DNA of 64,000 nucleotides from Betaproteobacteria bacterium (GCA_009377585.1 WHTS01000002.1:414-64413), one strand, 5' to 3'. Counted from the first letter of the stretch, positions 17,243 through 28,198 are shown. A program made the numbers and translations. Notes: generated by a model from the letters alone, not told the origin.

Positions 17243-18673
17243 TTAGATGTGCAGCGTGCGCTTGTCGACGGCGAGCGCGGCCTCGTGCATCACCTCGGCG
17301 AGCGACGGATGCGCATGGACGATGCGCGCGATGTCCTCCGAGGACGCGCCGAACTCCATGGCGACCACCGCCTCCGAGATGAGCTCCGAGGCGAATGGCC
17401 CGACGATGTGCACGCCCAGGATGCGATCGGTTTGCGCATCGGCCAGCATCTTGACGAAACCGGCCGTGTCCCCGAGCGCGCGCGCCCGGCCGTTGGCCAT
17501 GAACGGGAACTGCCCGGCACGGTAGGCGATGCCGGCCTCGCGCAGGCTCTGCTCGGTGCGCCCCACCCAGGCGATCTCGGGCGAGGTGTAGATCACCCAC
17601 GGCACGTGATCGAGATTCACGTGCGCCGCATGGCCGGCAATGCGTTCGGCCGCCGCCACGCCCTCCTCCATCGCCTTGTGCGCGAGCATCGGCCCGCGCA
17701 CGACGTCGCCGACGGCGTAGACGTTCGGCAGATTCGTGCGGCAATCGGCGTCCACCTCGACGAACCCGCGCGCGTCCAGCGCGAGCCCGACCGCCTTGGC
17801 ACCAAGGCCTTCGGTGTTGGGCGAGCGTCCCACCGCCACGATCAGCTTGTCGAACTCCGCCTGCTGCGTCTTGCCTTCCGCGCCGTATTCGACCAGCACG
17901 CCGCCCTTGCCTTTGCGGACCGCGCTCACGTTGACGCCGGTGTGGATGGCAAGCCCGCGATCGCGCGTGAACGCCTTGAGCGCTTCCTTGGCAACCGCTT
18001 CGTCCGCCGCCATGAGGAAGCCCGGAAGCGCTTCGAGAACCGTCACCTCCGAACCGAGCCGGCGCCATACGCTGCCCATTTCCAGGCCGATCACGCCGGC
18101 GCCGATCACACCCAGGCGTCTCGGAATGTCGGTCAGCGCCAGCGCGCCGGCATTGTCCAGGATGACGTCGTTATCGAAAGCCGCGAACGGCAACGCGCGT
18201 GCAACCGAACCGGTCGCAACGATCACGTGCCTGGTTTGCAAGGTTTCGGTCTTGCCACCCTCGGATACCTCGATACCGTAGCCGGCGGCTGCGGCCGACT
18301 TGAATGCCCCCGTGCCGTGATAAGCGGTCACCTTGTTCTTGCGAAATAGCCCCGCGATGCCGCCGGTGAACTGGTCGACGATCTTCTGTTTGCGCGCCTG
18401 CATGGTCGCCACGTCGATGCGCGCATCCTTCACCGTGATGCCATGGGCTCCAAACTCATGTTGCACGCGCTCGAAGTTCTCCGACGACTCGAGCAGCGCC
18501 TTGGACGGGATGCAACCCACGTTCAGGCAAGTGCCGCCGAGCGAGGCTTTGCCGGCGGTGTTCTTGAAGTTGTCGATGCAGGCGGTGCGCAGGCCCAGCT
18601 GGGCGGCGCGTATGGCGGCGACATAGCCACCTGGGCCGGCGCCCAGGACGATGACATCGAATTGGGTTGTCAT
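17243..18673 (-). CDS. lpdA: Dihydrolipoyl dehydrogenase (E3)
   Basis: 476 aa with FAD motif [11 protein letters not shown], redox disulfide [13 protein letters not shown] and C-terminal HAHPSL. Confidence 0.95.
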   Translation of the reverse strand: MTTQFDVIVLGAGPGGYVAAIRAAQLGLRTACIDNFKNTAGKASLGGTCLNVGCIPSKALLESSENFERVQHEFGAHGITVKDARIDVATMQARKQKIVDQFTGGIAGLFRKNKVTAYHGTGAFKSAAAAGYGIEVSEGGKTETLQTRHVIVATGSVARALPFAAFDNDVILDNAGALALTDIPRRLGVIGAGVIGLEMGSVWRRLGSEVTVLEALPGFLMAADEAVAKEALKAFTRDRGLAIHTGVNVSAVRKGKGGVLVEYGAEGKTQQAEFDKLIVAVGRSPNTEGLGAKAVGLALDARGFVEVDADCRTNLPNVYAVGDVVRGPMLAHKAMEEGVAAAERIAGHAAHVNLDHVPWVIYTSPEIAWVGRTEQSLREAGIAYRAGQFPFMANGRARALGDTAGFVKMLADAQTDRILGVHIVGPFASELISEAVVAMEFGASSEDIARIVHAHPSLAEVMHEAALAVDKRTLHI

Positions 18674-18679
18674 GAGAGA

Positions 18680-18778
18680 GTGAAAGGTGAAGGGTGAAGG
18701 GTGAATCCTGTATCAGCGCTGGCAGGTCACCGGTGGCGTAAAGGGCGAAGTTTCACGCTTCACTTCTTCACCCTTCAC
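18680..18778 (-). repeat. REP-C element: GTGAAGG-type heptad arrays in inverted orientation around a ~46-nt loop, in the sucB-lpdA spacer
   Basis: Arms at 18680-18705 and 18752-18778 read directly. Relative to transcription the purine arm comes first and the pyrimidine arm ends 7 nt before the lpdA ATG, which has no SD. Confidence 0.85.
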
Positions 18779-18792
18779 TCCATCGCCTCGCC

Positions 18793-20064
18793 CTACAAGT
18801 CCAAGAGAATTCTTGCCGGATCTTCCAGCGCTTCCTTGATCGCGACCAGGCTCAACACCGCCTCGCGCCCGTCGATGATGCGGTGATCGTAGGAGAGCGC
18901 GAGGTAGTTCATGGGCCGGATCACGATCTGTCCGCCCTCCACCACCGGGCGCTCCTTGGTCGCATGCACGCCCAGGATCGCGCTCTGCGGCGGGTTGATG
19001 ATCGGCGTGGAGAGCATCGAGCCGAACACGCCCCCGTTGGAGATCGAGAACGTGCCCCCGCTCAGCTCGTCGATGGAAAGCTTGCCTTCCTGCGCGCGCT
19101 TGCCGAAATCGGCGATGACCTTCTCGATCTCGGCGATCGAGAGCTGGTCGGCGTTGCGGACGATCGGCACGACCAGGCCGCGCGGGCTCGCCACCGCGAT
19201 GCCGATGTCGAAGTAGCCGTGATAGATGATGTCGTTGCCGTCGATCGAGGCGTTCACCAGCGGATAGCGCTTGAGCGCCGCGACCGAAGCCTTGACGAAG
19301 AACGACATGAAGCCCAAGCGCACGCCGTGTTCCTTTTCGAAGCGCTCGCGGTAGCGGTTGCGCAGCTCGATCACCGGCTTCATGTTGACTTCGTTGAAGG
19401 TGGTGAGGATCGCCGCGGTCGATTGCGACTGCACCAGGCGCTCGGCGATCCGCGCCCGCAGCCGTGACATGGCCACGCGCTGCTCCGGGCGCTCGCCAAT
19501 GATCGCATTGAGATCGACCGCGCTCGGCTCGGGACGCGCCGCGGGCATGGCAGGCGCCGCGGGCGCGCTCGGTGCCGGTGCACGCTGTGCCGCCTCGCCC
19601 GACTGGACGGCGGCGAGCACGTCGGCCTTGGTCACGCGCCCGCCGCGTCCGCTGCCCGCGATCTGCGCGGTATCCACGCCCTGCTCCTGCGCGATCTTCT
19701 TCGCCGCCGGCATGACCTGGGCCCCGGCAGCGGGCGTCTGCTTGGCCGGTTCGGGCGCCTTGGCCTCTGCTTTCGCCTCTGCTTTCGCCTGCGCTTTCTC
19801 CGGCGCCGCAGGCGCCTCGGCCTTCGCCTCGGTGTCGATGGTCGCGATCACCTCGTTGCTCACCACCGTGCCGCCGTCGCCCTTGACCACTTTCACCAGC
19901 ACCCCGGATGCGGGCGCGGGCACCTCGAGCACGACCTTGTCGGTTTCGATGTCGATCAGGTTCTGATCGCGCTCGACGAATTCGCCCGCCTTCTTGTGCC
20001 AGGCGAGCAGCGTCGCCTCGGGCACCGATTCCGAAAGTTGCGGGACCTTCACTTCAACCAGCAT
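18793..20064 (-). CDS. sucB: Dihydrolipoyllysine-residue succinyltransferase (E2 of 2-oxoglutarate dehydrogenase)
   Basis: Lipoyl domain ([10 protein letters not shown]), Ala/Pro linker, PSBD, and catalytic domain with SYDHRIIDG. Start placed at MLVEVKVP (ATG 20064, GGAG SD). Confidence 0.95.
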   Translation of the reverse strand: MLVEVKVPQLSESVPEATLLAWHKKAGEFVERDQNLIDIETDKVVLEVPAPASGVLVKVVKGDGGTVVSNEVIATIDTEAKAEAPAAPEKAQAKAEAKAEAKAPEPAKQTPAAGAQVMPAAKKIAQEQGVDTAQIAGSGRGGRVTKADVLAAVQSGEAAQRAPAPSAPAAPAMPAARPEPSAVDLNAIIGERPEQRVAMSRLRARIAERLVQSQSTAAILTTFNEVNMKPVIELRNRYRERFEKEHGVRLGFMSFFVKASVAALKRYPLVNASIDGNDIIYHGYFDIGIAVASPRGLVVPIVRNADQLSIAEIEKVIADFGKRAQEGKLSIDELSGGTFSISNGGVFGSMLSTPIINPPQSAILGVHATKERPVVEGGQIVIRPMNYLALSYDHRIIDGREAVLSLVAIKEALEDPARILLDL

Positions 20065-20133
20065 GGAAGCTCCGTATCGTGTTTTTCGCGGAGATCGTAT
20101 CGACCACCCCGTCCGCGACATCGTCGCGTCCCG

Positions 20134-20224
20134 CCCCTCCTTGACAGGAGGGGAAATAAGAACCTTCCCCGTGCCCTCGGCAGGAGGGGAGATCAGAACC
20201 TTCCCCTCCTCTCATGAGGAGGGG
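20134..20224. repeat. REP-B array: three GGAGGGG/CCCCTCC hairpins with ~36-bp periodicity in the sucA-sucB spacer
   Basis: CCCCTCC-ttgaca-GGAGGGG at 20134-20153. The direct repeat GGAGGGGA(A/G)AT(A/C)AGAACCTTCCCC occurs twice. A 9-bp stem lies at 20203-20224. Confidence 0.85.
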
Positions 20225-20343
20225 TGGCGCGCAGCGCCGGGGGTGAGGCCGGGAATTCGCGGACCATGGTCCTCGCCGGCCAAACGGCATCGGCCTGCAT
20301 GCCGATGCGCGCCCTGCAAGGGGTGTGGTCAAGGCGGCCGGCA

Positions 20344-23196
20344 TCACTCCACCACGTCCGCGACAACGTCTTCGGCCAAGGCAGCGTTGATCAATTCCTT
20401 CTGCTGCTTGTCGTGCAGGCTCCTGTAGCCCACCGCCGGGCTTGCTGACGATGTACGGCCGGCGTAGCCGAGCTTCTGTCCCGGGCGCATGTGCCGCAGC
20501 ACGTAGTGCTGGACCCAGCGCCACGCGCCCTGGTTCTTCGGCTCTTCCTGGCACCACACGACCTCGGTCGCATTGGCGTACTTATCGGCCATCGCCTTGA
20601 AATGCTCGTGCGGGAACGGGTAGAGCTGGGCGATGCGCACGAGCGCCACGTCCTTGATCGAGCGCTCGCGCCGGCCCGCCCGCAGGTCGAAGAACACCTT
20701 GCCGCTGCAGAACACGACGCGCTTCACCTTGTCCGGATCGATGTCCTCGTCCCAGTCGTCGTTCACGGGGTTGAACTTGCTGTGCGCGAACTCCTCCAGC
20801 GGCGACACCGATTCCTTGTGCCGCAGCAGGCTCTTGGGCGAGAACAGCACCAGCGGCTTGCGGTACGGCCGTATCGCCTGCCGGCGCAGGAGGTAGAACA
20901 TCTGCACCGGAGTGGCCGGCACGCACACCTGCATGTTGTAGTCCGCGCACAGCTGCAGGAAGCGCTCGAGCCGCGCCGACGAGTGCTCCGGGCCCGCGCC
21001 CTCGTAGCCATGCGGGAGCATGAGCGTGAGCCCGCACAGCCGCCCCCATTTGACCTCGCCCGAGGCGATGAACTGGTCGATGACGACCTGGGCGCCGTTG
21101 ACGAAATCGCCGTACTGCGCCTCCCAGACGACCAGTTCCTCGGGGCTCGAGGTCGCGTAGCCATACTCGAACGCCACCACTGCCTCTTCCGACAGCACCG
21201 AATCGATCACGACGAAATCGGCCTTGCCGGGGTTGATGTGCTGCAGCGGCAGGAAGGTGCCCGAATCCCAGCGCTCGCGGTTCTGGTCGTGCAGCACGGC
21301 GTGGCGATGGAAAAAGGTGCCGCGACCGGAATCCTGGCCCGAAATGCGAACCGAATAACCCTCGTGCAGCAGCGACGCGTAGGCGAGGTTCTCGGCCATG
21401 CCCCAGTCGAGCGGAAGCTTGCCCTGCGCCATCTGCTTGCGGTCGGCGATGATGCGCTCGACCCGCGGGTGCAGCTTGATGTTGGCCGGCACCTGCGTGA
21501 GCTTCTCACCCAGCATCTTCAGCGTATCGAGCGAGACGTAGGTGTCGTCGTGCTCGTTCCACTTGGTGCCCTGATACCTCTTCCAGTTGATCTGCAACGG
21601 CGGGCGATAGTTGGACAGGATCGTCTTGTTGGTGTGATGGCCCCCGTCCATGGCGTCGCGGAAGGTCTTGACCATCGCCTCCGGCTCATCGGCCCCCATC
21701 ACGCCTTCGGCGATCAGCTTGTCGGCGTAGCGCTTGCGCGTGGTGGGGTGCTTCTGGATCGCCTTGTACATGAGCGGCTGGGTCGCCATCGGCTCGTCCT
21801 GCTCGTTGTGGCCGAGGCGGCGATAGCACACCAGGTCGACCACCACGTCGCGCTGGAATTCCATGCGGAAGTCGAGCGCGAGCTCGGTGACGAACAGCAC
21901 CGCCTCGGGATCGTCCGCGTTCACATGGAAGATCGGCGCCTCGATCATCTTCGAGACGTCGCTGCAGTAAAGTGTCGAGCGCGCATCGCGCACGTCGGAG
22001 GTGGTGAAGCCGATCTGGTTGTTGATGATGAGGTGGAACGTGCCGCCGGTGCCGAAGCCGCGGGTGCGCGCCAGATTGAGCGTCTCCATCACCACGCCCT
22101 GCCCGGCATAAGCGGCGTCGCCGTGAATCGTGACCGCCATCACCTGCTTGCCTTCGCGGTCCTTGCGCCGGTGCTGGCGCGCGCGCACCGAGCCCTCGAC
22201 CACGGGATTCACGATCTCCAGGTGGGAGGGATTGAAAGCGAGCGAGACGTGCACAGGGCCGCCCGAGGTCATGACGTCGGAGGAAAAACCTTCGTGATAC
22301 TTGACGTCCCCCGCGAGCACGTCGCCGCTGTGCTTGCCTTCGAACTCGGCGAAAAGATCCTTCGGCATCTTGCCGAGCGTATTGACCAGCACGTTGATAC
22401 GGCCCCGGTGCGCCATCGCGATCACGATCTCCTGCAACCCGGCCGCGCCGCCTCGCTGCAGGAGGTGGTCGAGTTGCGGGATGAGCGTGTCACCGCCCTC
22501 GAGCGAGAAACGGGTCTGACCGACGTAGCGTGCGTGCAGGTAGCGCTCTAGGGTCTCGGCGGCGGTGAGGCGCTCGAGGACGTGGCGCTTCTGCTCGGCA
22601 TCGTAGCTCGGGCGCGAACGCACGCTTTCCAGCCGCTGCTGGATCCAGCGCTTCTGTGGAATATCGGACATGTACATGTATTCCGCGCCGATGGTCCCGC
22701 AATAGCTTTCGCGCAGCACCGAGAGAATCTCGCTCAACGGCGCCTGCGCGAGCCCTACCAGCGTCCCGGCATTGAACACGGTACCCATGTCGGCCTCGGT
22801 GAGGGCGTAGAAGGCCGCATCGAGCTCCGGGATACTGGGCTTCTCCTGGCGGTTGAGCGGATCGAGGCGCGCGTGACGGGCGCCGTGGAACCGGTAGGCG
22901 TTGATGAGCTGCAGGACGGCGACCTGCTTGGCGACGTGCGCCTCCGACAGCGTGGACAGCGGGGCGGCATGACCGTTGCCGCCGCGAGGCTGTTTGGCCA
23001 AACGGACGAACGCCTCCTGGACCGGGGTGTGCGCGATATCGCGCGGGCCTTGCTCGAGCCTTTGCAGCTCTTCGAAATAGTCGCGCCAGCGCGACTCGAC
23101 CGAGGCGGGATCCTGCAGGAAGGATTCGTACAGCTGCTCGATGAAAGGCGCGTTGGCGCCGAACAGGTACGAGTTGGACAGCATTTCCTTGAACAT
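20344..23196 (-). CDS. sucA: 2-oxoglutarate dehydrogenase E1 component
   Basis: ~950 aa with N-terminal SYLFGANAPFIEQLYE and TPP-binding regions. Start set at ATG 23196 (GAGGTG SD) rather than the GTG at 23202. Confidence 0.95.
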   Translation of the reverse strand: MFKEMLSNSYLFGANAPFIEQLYESFLQDPASVESRWRDYFEELQRLEQGPRDIAHTPVQEAFVRLAKQPRGGNGHAAPLSTLSEAHVAKQVAVLQLINAYRFHGARHARLDPLNRQEKPSIPELDAAFYALTEADMGTVFNAGTLVGLAQAPLSEILSVLRESYCGTIGAEYMYMSDIPQKRWIQQRLESVRSRPSYDAEQKRHVLERLTAAETLERYLHARYVGQTRFSLEGGDTLIPQLDHLLQRGGAAGLQEIVIAMAHRGRINVLVNTLGKMPKDLFAEFEGKHSGDVLAGDVKYHEGFSSDVMTSGGPVHVSLAFNPSHLEIVNPVVEGSVRARQHRRKDREGKQVMAVTIHGDAAYAGQGVVMETLNLARTRGFGTGGTFHLIINNQIGFTTSDVRDARSTLYCSDVSKMIEAPIFHVNADDPEAVLFVTELALDFRMEFQRDVVVDLVCYRRLGHNEQDEPMATQPLMYKAIQKHPTTRKRYADKLIAEGVMGADEPEAMVKTFRDAMDGGHHTNKTILSNYRPPLQINWKRYQGTKWNEHDDTYVSLDTLKMLGEKLTQVPANIKLHPRVERIIADRKQMAQGKLPLDWGMAENLAYASLLHEGYSVRISGQDSGRGTFFHRHAVLHDQNRERWDSGTFLPLQHINPGKADFVVIDSVLSEEAVVAFEYGYATSSPEELVVWEAQYGDFVNGAQVVIDQFIASGEVKWGRLCGLTLMLPHGYEGAGPEHSSARLERFLQLCADYNMQVCVPATPVQMFYLLRRQAIRPYRKPLVLFSPKSLLRHKESVSPLEEFAHSKFNPVNDDWDEDIDPDKVKRVVFCSGKVFFDLRAGRRERSIKDVALVRIAQLYPFPHEHFKAMADKYANATEVVWCQEEPKNQGAWRWVQHYVLRHMRPGQKLGYAGRTSSASPAVGYRSLHDKQQKELINAALAEDVVADVVE

Positions 23197-23314
23197 GGTC
23201 ACACCTCGCGTAGTGCCGACCCTGCCCCGACCGGCTTTCTCGCCGTTTGGCTACTGCCGTATCGCAAATCAGTGTCACTCCCGTGCAAGCGCGAGCCCAG
23301 GAACACATCGTCCT

Positions 23315-23340
23315 GGATTCTCGCTTGCGCGGGAATGACG
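23315..23340. repeat. REP-D element (GGATTCTCGCTTGCGCGGGAATGACG)
   Basis: Imperfect hairpin ATTC(T)CGC/GCGGGAAT. The same family occurs twice at 30833-30919. Confidence 0.8.
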
Positions 23341-23372
23341 GCGTCGAAGCCGACTGGCGGTCCCGCTTCGAT

Positions 23373-24674
23373 CTACTTGCGCTGATCCACCGGCACGAAT
23401 TCGCGCCGGGTCGCGCCCTCGAACAATTGCCGCGGTCGCCCGATCTTCTGCTCCGGATCGCCGATCATCTCGTTCCACTGCGCGATCCAGCCCACCGTGC
23501 GCGCGAGCGCGAAGATCGCGGTGAACATGCCCACCGGAATGCCGAGCGCCTTGTAGACGATGCCCGAGTAGAAATCGACGTTCGGATAGAGCTTGCGCTT
23601 GATGAAGTATTCGTCCTCGAGCGCGATCTTCTCCAGCTTCAATGCCAACTTGAAGAGCTTGTCGTCCTTCAGATCCAGCTCTTCGAGCACCTCGTGGCAG
23701 GTGCGCTGGATGATCTTGGCGCGCGGGTCGTAGTTCTTGTAGACACGGTGGCCGAAGCCGAACAGCACCGAATAGTCGTCCTTGTCCTTCACCCGCTGGA
23801 TGTACTTGCCGATGTTGTCCGCGTCGCCGATCTGGCCCAGCATGTTCAGCACCGCCTCATTGGCGCCGCCATGCGCGGGACCCCACAGGCTGGCGATGCC
23901 CGCGGCGATACAGGCGAACGGGTTCGCGCCAGTCGAGCCCGCCAGGCGCACGGTGGAGGTGGAGGCGTTCTGTTCGTGATCGGCGTGCAGGATGAGGATC
24001 CGGTCCATCGCCCGCGTGAGCACCGGGCTCGGCTCGTAGTCCTCGCACGGGGTACCGAACATCATGCGCAGGAAGTTCTGCACGTAGCCAAGCGAGTTCT
24101 TCGGGTACATGAACGGCTGGCCCATGTTGTACTTGTAGGCCATGGCGGTGATGGTCGGCAGCTTCGCGATCAGGCGAAACGCCGAGACCTCGCGGTGGCG
24201 CGCGTTATTGATGTCGAGCGAGTCGTGATAGAACGCCGACAGCGCCCCGCAGACGCCGCACAGCACCGCCATCGGATGCGCGTCGCGACGAAACCCCTGA
24301 TAGAAGCGCGCGAGCTGCTCGTGCACCATGGTGTGGTGCGTGACGATGTTGTCGAATTCCACCTTCTGCTGCTGGTTCGGCAGCTGGCCGTAGAGTATCA
24401 GGTAGGCGACTTCGAGGAAGTCGCAATGCTCGGCCAGCTGCTCGATCGGATAGCCGCGGTACAGCAGGATGCCCTGATCGCCGTCGATGTAGGTGATCTG
24501 CGAGCGGCAGCTCGCGGTCGACATGAAGCCGGGGTCGTAGGTGAACATTCCGCTCTTGGAATAGAGCGCGCGCACGTCGATCACGTCCGGGCCGATGGTC
24601 CCGCCCATCACGGGCAGATCGACCGGTGGCCTGCCGTCGCTGAATGACAGGGTTGCGATTCGTTCCTTGCTCAT
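23373..24674 (-). CDS. gltA: Citrate synthase (type II, hexameric type)
   Basis: 433 aa with [14 protein letters not shown] and [13 protein letters not shown] motifs. GGAG SD. Confidence 0.95.
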   Translation of the reverse strand: MSKERIATLSFSDGRPPVDLPVMGGTIGPDVIDVRALYSKSGMFTYDPGFMSTASCRSQITYIDGDQGILLYRGYPIEQLAEHCDFLEVAYLILYGQLPNQQQKVEFDNIVTHHTMVHEQLARFYQGFRRDAHPMAVLCGVCGALSAFYHDSLDINNARHREVSAFRLIAKLPTITAMAYKYNMGQPFMYPKNSLGYVQNFLRMMFGTPCEDYEPSPVLTRAMDRILILHADHEQNASTSTVRLAGSTGANPFACIAAGIASLWGPAHGGANEAVLNMLGQIGDADNIGKYIQRVKDKDDYSVLFGFGHRVYKNYDPRAKIIQRTCHEVLEELDLKDDKLFKLALKLEKIALEDEYFIKRKLYPNVDFYSGIVYKALGIPVGMFTAIFALARTVGWIAQWNEMIGDPEQKIGRPRQLFEGATRREFVPVDQRK

Positions 24675-24742
24675 CGTCTGTCTCCAGAAAAAACCAGTCG
24701 TTACGGAACCGCCTTGGCCCGGGCGGCCTTGCTGCTGCTACG

Positions 24743-24988
24743 TCAGGCTGCGCAACGAACCGCGCGCAAGCGCCGGACCAGGTCAACCAGCGCGGGGTCG
24801 GACGGTTCGCTGCGCGCACTGATCCAGTCCCACAGATCGTTGTCGGACGCATCGAGCAGCCGCGCGAACAACGCCAGCTCCTGCGCCGGCAAGCGCTCCA
24901 GCTCCTCGCGCACGAAAACGCTCAGCACGAGGTCGAGCTCCAGCAGCCCCCGCCTGCACCGCCAACGCATCCGGTCGAGCTCTGCCAT
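24743..24988 (-). CDS. sdhE: Succinate dehydrogenase FAD assembly factor SdhE (DUF339)
   Basis: 81 aa starting MAELDRMRWRCRRGLLELDL, which carries the conserved RGxxE motif. The longer tracked ORF overlaps sdhB and is not credible. Confidence 0.8.
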   Translation of the reverse strand: MAELDRMRWRCRRGLLELDLVLSVFVREELERLPAQELALFARLLDASDNDLWDWISARSEPSDPALVDLVRRLRAVRCAA

Positions 24989-25011
24989 GGTGGATGCTCG
25001 CGGCGGCTGCC

Positions 25012-25707
25012 TCATACCGCCCGCTTGAGCATCAGCTCCTTGATCTTGTTGATCGCGCGGTTCGGATTGAGGTTCTTGGGACATACATCCACGCAATTCA
25101 TGATCGAACGGCAGCGGAACAGGCGGTACGGATCGTTCAGATCGTCCAGGCGTTCGTTGGTCGCCTGGTCGCGGCTGTCGGAAATGAAGCGGTAGGCCTG
25201 CAGCAGCCCGGCCGGCCCGACGTACTTGTCCGGATTCCACCAGAACGAGGGGCAGGCCGTCGTGCAGCACGCGCACAGAATGCATTCGTACAAGCCGTTC
25301 AGATCATCGCGCTCTTCCGGCGACTGCAGCCGCTCGCCTTCCGGCGGCGGACTGTCGTTGATCAGGTAAGGCTTGATCGAGTGGTACTGCTTGAAGAACT
25401 GCGACATGTCCACGATCAGGTCGCGAATCACCGGCAACCCGGGAAGCGGCCGCAGCACCACGGGCTCCTTCAGCTCGGCGACCTTGGTCGTGCAGGCGAG
25501 CCCGTTCTTGCCGTTGATGTTCATCGCGTCGGACCCGCATACGCCTTCGCGGCACGAGCGCCGGAACGAGATCGAATCGTCCATCGTCTTGGCCCGCACC
25601 AGCGCATCGAGCAGCATCTGGTCGGTCGGCTCCAGCGCGACGTCGTAGTCCTGCATGCGCGGCTTGTCGTCCTTGTCGGGGTCGTAGCGATAGATCGATA
25701 AACGCAT
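25012..25707 (-). CDS. sdhB: Succinate dehydrogenase iron-sulfur subunit
   Basis: 231 aa with Cys clusters CREGVCGSDAMNING, CILCACCTTACPS and CRSIMNCVDVCPK. Confidence 0.95.
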   Translation of the reverse strand: MRLSIYRYDPDKDDKPRMQDYDVALEPTDQMLLDALVRAKTMDDSISFRRSCREGVCGSDAMNINGKNGLACTTKVAELKEPVVLRPLPGLPVIRDLIVDMSQFFKQYHSIKPYLINDSPPPEGERLQSPEERDDLNGLYECILCACCTTACPSFWWNPDKYVGPAGLLQAYRFISDSRDQATNERLDDLNDPYRLFRCRSIMNCVDVCPKNLNPNRAINKIKELMLKRAV

Positions 25708-25708
25708 G

Positions 25709-27472
25709 TCAGTAGACTCTGGCCTTGGGTTCGAATGACGCCACGGTGAGCGGCTGGGTCTTCACCGGCCGGTACTCGAGCCGGTCGCCTTCCTTGTACC
25801 AGAGCGTGTGCCGCATCCACTCGACGTCGTCGCGCTGGGGGAAATCCGACCGGTCGTGGGCGCCCCTGGATTCCTTGCGCGCTTGCGCGCTCACCAGCGT
25901 GGCGCGTGCGACCTCCATCAGGTTGTCGAGCTCCAGCGCCTCGATGCGCGCGGTATTGAACACCTTGCTCTTGTCCTTGATCTCGGTGTGCTGCGCGCGC
26001 GCCGACAGCTCCTTGATTTTCGCCACGCCTTCGGTCAGCAAGTCCGGGAAGCGAAACACGCCGCAGTGCAATTGCAGGGTACGGCGCATTTCGGCCGCGA
26101 CCTGCGCAACGCTCTCGCCATTGCTCTGGCCGTCCAGCCGGGCGAGGCGCGCGCGGGTCTGCTCGCCGGCGTCCCTGGGCAGCTCCTTCAGGCCCGGATC
26201 GGCCGCCAGATCGCGGATCACCTGCTCGCCGGCGCTCTTGCCGAACACGAGCAGATCCAGCAGCGAATTCGTGCCCAGTCGGTTGGCCCCGTGCACCGAC
26301 ACGCAGGAGCACTCCCCCGCCGCGTAGAAGCCCGGCACGACCGCTTCCGGATTGCCGTTCTTCGGCGCCACCACCTGCCCATGGTAATTGGTCGGGATGC
26401 CGCCCATCTGGTAGTGCGCAGTGGGTACGACCGGGATCGGATCCTTGGCGCAATCGACGTGCGCGAACTTGAGCGCGATATCGCGAATGCCGGGCAGGCG
26501 CTTGTTGATCACCTCCGCCCCCAGGTGATCGAGCTTGAGCAGGATGTACTCGCCGTCCTTGCCCGCGCCGCGGCCTTCCTTGATCTCGGTGGCCATCGCC
26601 CGCGAGACCACGTCGCGGCTCGCCAGATCCTTGACCGTCGGCGCGTAACGCTCCATGAAGCGCTCGCCGTTCTTGTTGAGCAGATAGCCGCCCTCGCCGC
26701 GCACGCCCTCGGTGATCAATATGCCGGCACCGGCCACGCCGGTCGGGTGGAATTGCCAGAACTCCATGTCTTCGAGCGGAAGCCCCGCGCGCGCGGTAAT
26801 GCCGAGCCCGTCGCCGGTATTGATGAAGGCGTTGGTACTGGCGGAGAAGATACGACCGGCGCCGCCGGTGGCGAACAGCACGGCCTTGGCATGGAAGATG
26901 TAGGCCTCGCCCGTCTCCATTTCCATCGCGCTGACACCGACCACGCTACCCTCGGCATCGCGAATGAGATCGAGCGCCATCCATTCGACGAAGAAGTGCG
27001 CATGTGCACGCACGTTGCGCTGATAGAGCGCGTGCAGCATCGCGTGCCCGGTCCGGTCGGCCGCGGCACAGGAGCGGGCGACTGGCCCCTCGCCGTAGTT
27101 GCGCGTCTGGCCGCCGAACGGACGCTGGTAGATGCGCCCTTCGGGCGTGCGATCGAACGGCATGCCGTAGTGCTCGAGCTCGTAGACGACCTCGTTGGCC
27201 TTGCGGCACATGAACTCGATCGCATCCTGGTCGCCCAGGTAGTCCGAGCCCTTCACCGTGTCGAACATGTGCCAGTGCCAGTTGTCCTCGCCGTTGTTGC
27301 CGAGCGAGGCGGCCACGCCGCCCTGCGCGGCGACGGTATGGGAACGCGTCGGGAAAACCTTGCTCAGCACCGCGACCTTGAGGTTCGCTTCCGCCAGTTG
27401 CAGGGCCGCCCGCATGCCGGAGCCGCCGGCGCCGACGATCACTGCATCGAACTTCCGAACCGCGAACGTCAT
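25709..27472 (-). CDS. sdhA: Succinate dehydrogenase flavoprotein subunit
   Basis: 587 aa with VIVGAGGSGMRAA, the covalent-FAD His region RSHTVAAQGG, and HGANRLGTNSLLDL. Confidence 0.95.
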   Translation of the reverse strand: MTFAVRKFDAVIVGAGGSGMRAALQLAEANLKVAVLSKVFPTRSHTVAAQGGVAASLGNNGEDNWHWHMFDTVKGSDYLGDQDAIEFMCRKANEVVYELEHYGMPFDRTPEGRIYQRPFGGQTRNYGEGPVARSCAAADRTGHAMLHALYQRNVRAHAHFFVEWMALDLIRDAEGSVVGVSAMEMETGEAYIFHAKAVLFATGGAGRIFSASTNAFINTGDGLGITARAGLPLEDMEFWQFHPTGVAGAGILITEGVRGEGGYLLNKNGERFMERYAPTVKDLASRDVVSRAMATEIKEGRGAGKDGEYILLKLDHLGAEVINKRLPGIRDIALKFAHVDCAKDPIPVVPTAHYQMGGIPTNYHGQVVAPKNGNPEAVVPGFYAAGECSCVSVHGANRLGTNSLLDLLVFGKSAGEQVIRDLAADPGLKELPRDAGEQTRARLARLDGQSNGESVAQVAAEMRRTLQLHCGVFRFPDLLTEGVAKIKELSARAQHTEIKDKSKVFNTARIEALELDNLMEVARATLVSAQARKESRGAHDRSDFPQRDDVEWMRHTLWYKEGDRLEYRPVKTQPLTVASFEPKARVY

Positions 27473-27473
27473 C

Positions 27474-27821
27474 TCACAAGCTCCAGAGAATCTGCACCGT
27501 CCAGGCGGTGTATGCGAGCAGCGCCACTGCCACCACGACCAGAAGCCCGAGGCGCAGTATCGTCGGTTTCACGTAATCCATCAGGATGTCGCGGACCCCG
27601 ATCCAGGCGTGCATGTAGACGGCAATCAGGCAAACGAAGGTCGGCACGCGCATCCACGTATGGGTGAAAACCGAGCGCCAGGCGATGAAATCGAGTTGCG
27701 GCTGCAGTGCCAACACGATCAGGAGGTAGATCACATAGGCCGCGACCACCCCGGCCGTAACCCGCTGCACGGCCCAGTTGCGCAGGCCGTAATGCGCACC
27801 CACCACGATGCGCTTCACCAC
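27474..27821 (-). CDS. sdhD: Succinate dehydrogenase membrane anchor subunit
   Basis: 115 aa with 3 TM helices. The GTG start overlaps the sdhC stop (GTGGTGA). Confidence 0.85.
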   Translation of the reverse strand: MVKRIVVGAHYGLRNWAVQRVTAGVVAAYVIYLLIVLALQPQLDFIAWRSVFTHTWMRVPTFVCLIAVYMHAWIGVRDILMDYVKPTILRLGLLVVVAVALLAYTAWTVQILWSL

Positions 27822-28198
27822 AGCATCGCTCCCAGGACTGCTGTCAGAACGAGGCTCGCAACCAGCACGAGCTTCGCCGTGGCGCGCCCCGCCTCCAGGT
27901 TCACGCCCCAGTCCAGATCCAGCGCGATATGGCGCAGTCCCGCGAACAGGTGGTGCAGGAACGCCCAGATGAGGCCCAGCAGGACCAGTTTAACCAGCGG
28001 TGCGGATATCACCGCCTGGAAGCGCGCGAAGCTCGAGCGCGAATGCAGCGAGTTGTCGAGCAGCCACAACAGAAAGGGCAGGAGCAGGAACAGGACGAGA
28101 CCGCTGATGCGGTGAAGGATGGAAACCAACCCCGGTACCGGCAGGCGGATGCTGAACAGGTCGAGATACTTGGGGCGGATCTTCTGTACGTTTTCCAT
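27815..28198 (-). CDS. sdhC: Succinate dehydrogenase cytochrome b556 subunit
   Basis: 127 aa from [14 protein letters not shown], with the heme-ligand region SILHRISG. Upstream ORF extension rejected. Confidence 0.85.
   Translation of the reverse strand: MENVQKIRPKYLDLFSIRLPVPGLVSILHRISGLVLFLLLPFLLWLLDNSLHSRSSFARFQAVISAPLVKLVLLGLIWAFLHHLFAGLRHIALDLDWGVNLEAGRATAKLVLVASLVLTAVLGAMLW

Noticed and set aside
24989-25285. Upstream 99 codons of the tracked sdhE ORF
   Set aside because: This part overlaps the 3' end of sdhB in another frame. SdhE proteins are ~80-90 aa, and the conserved sequence starts at MAELDR.
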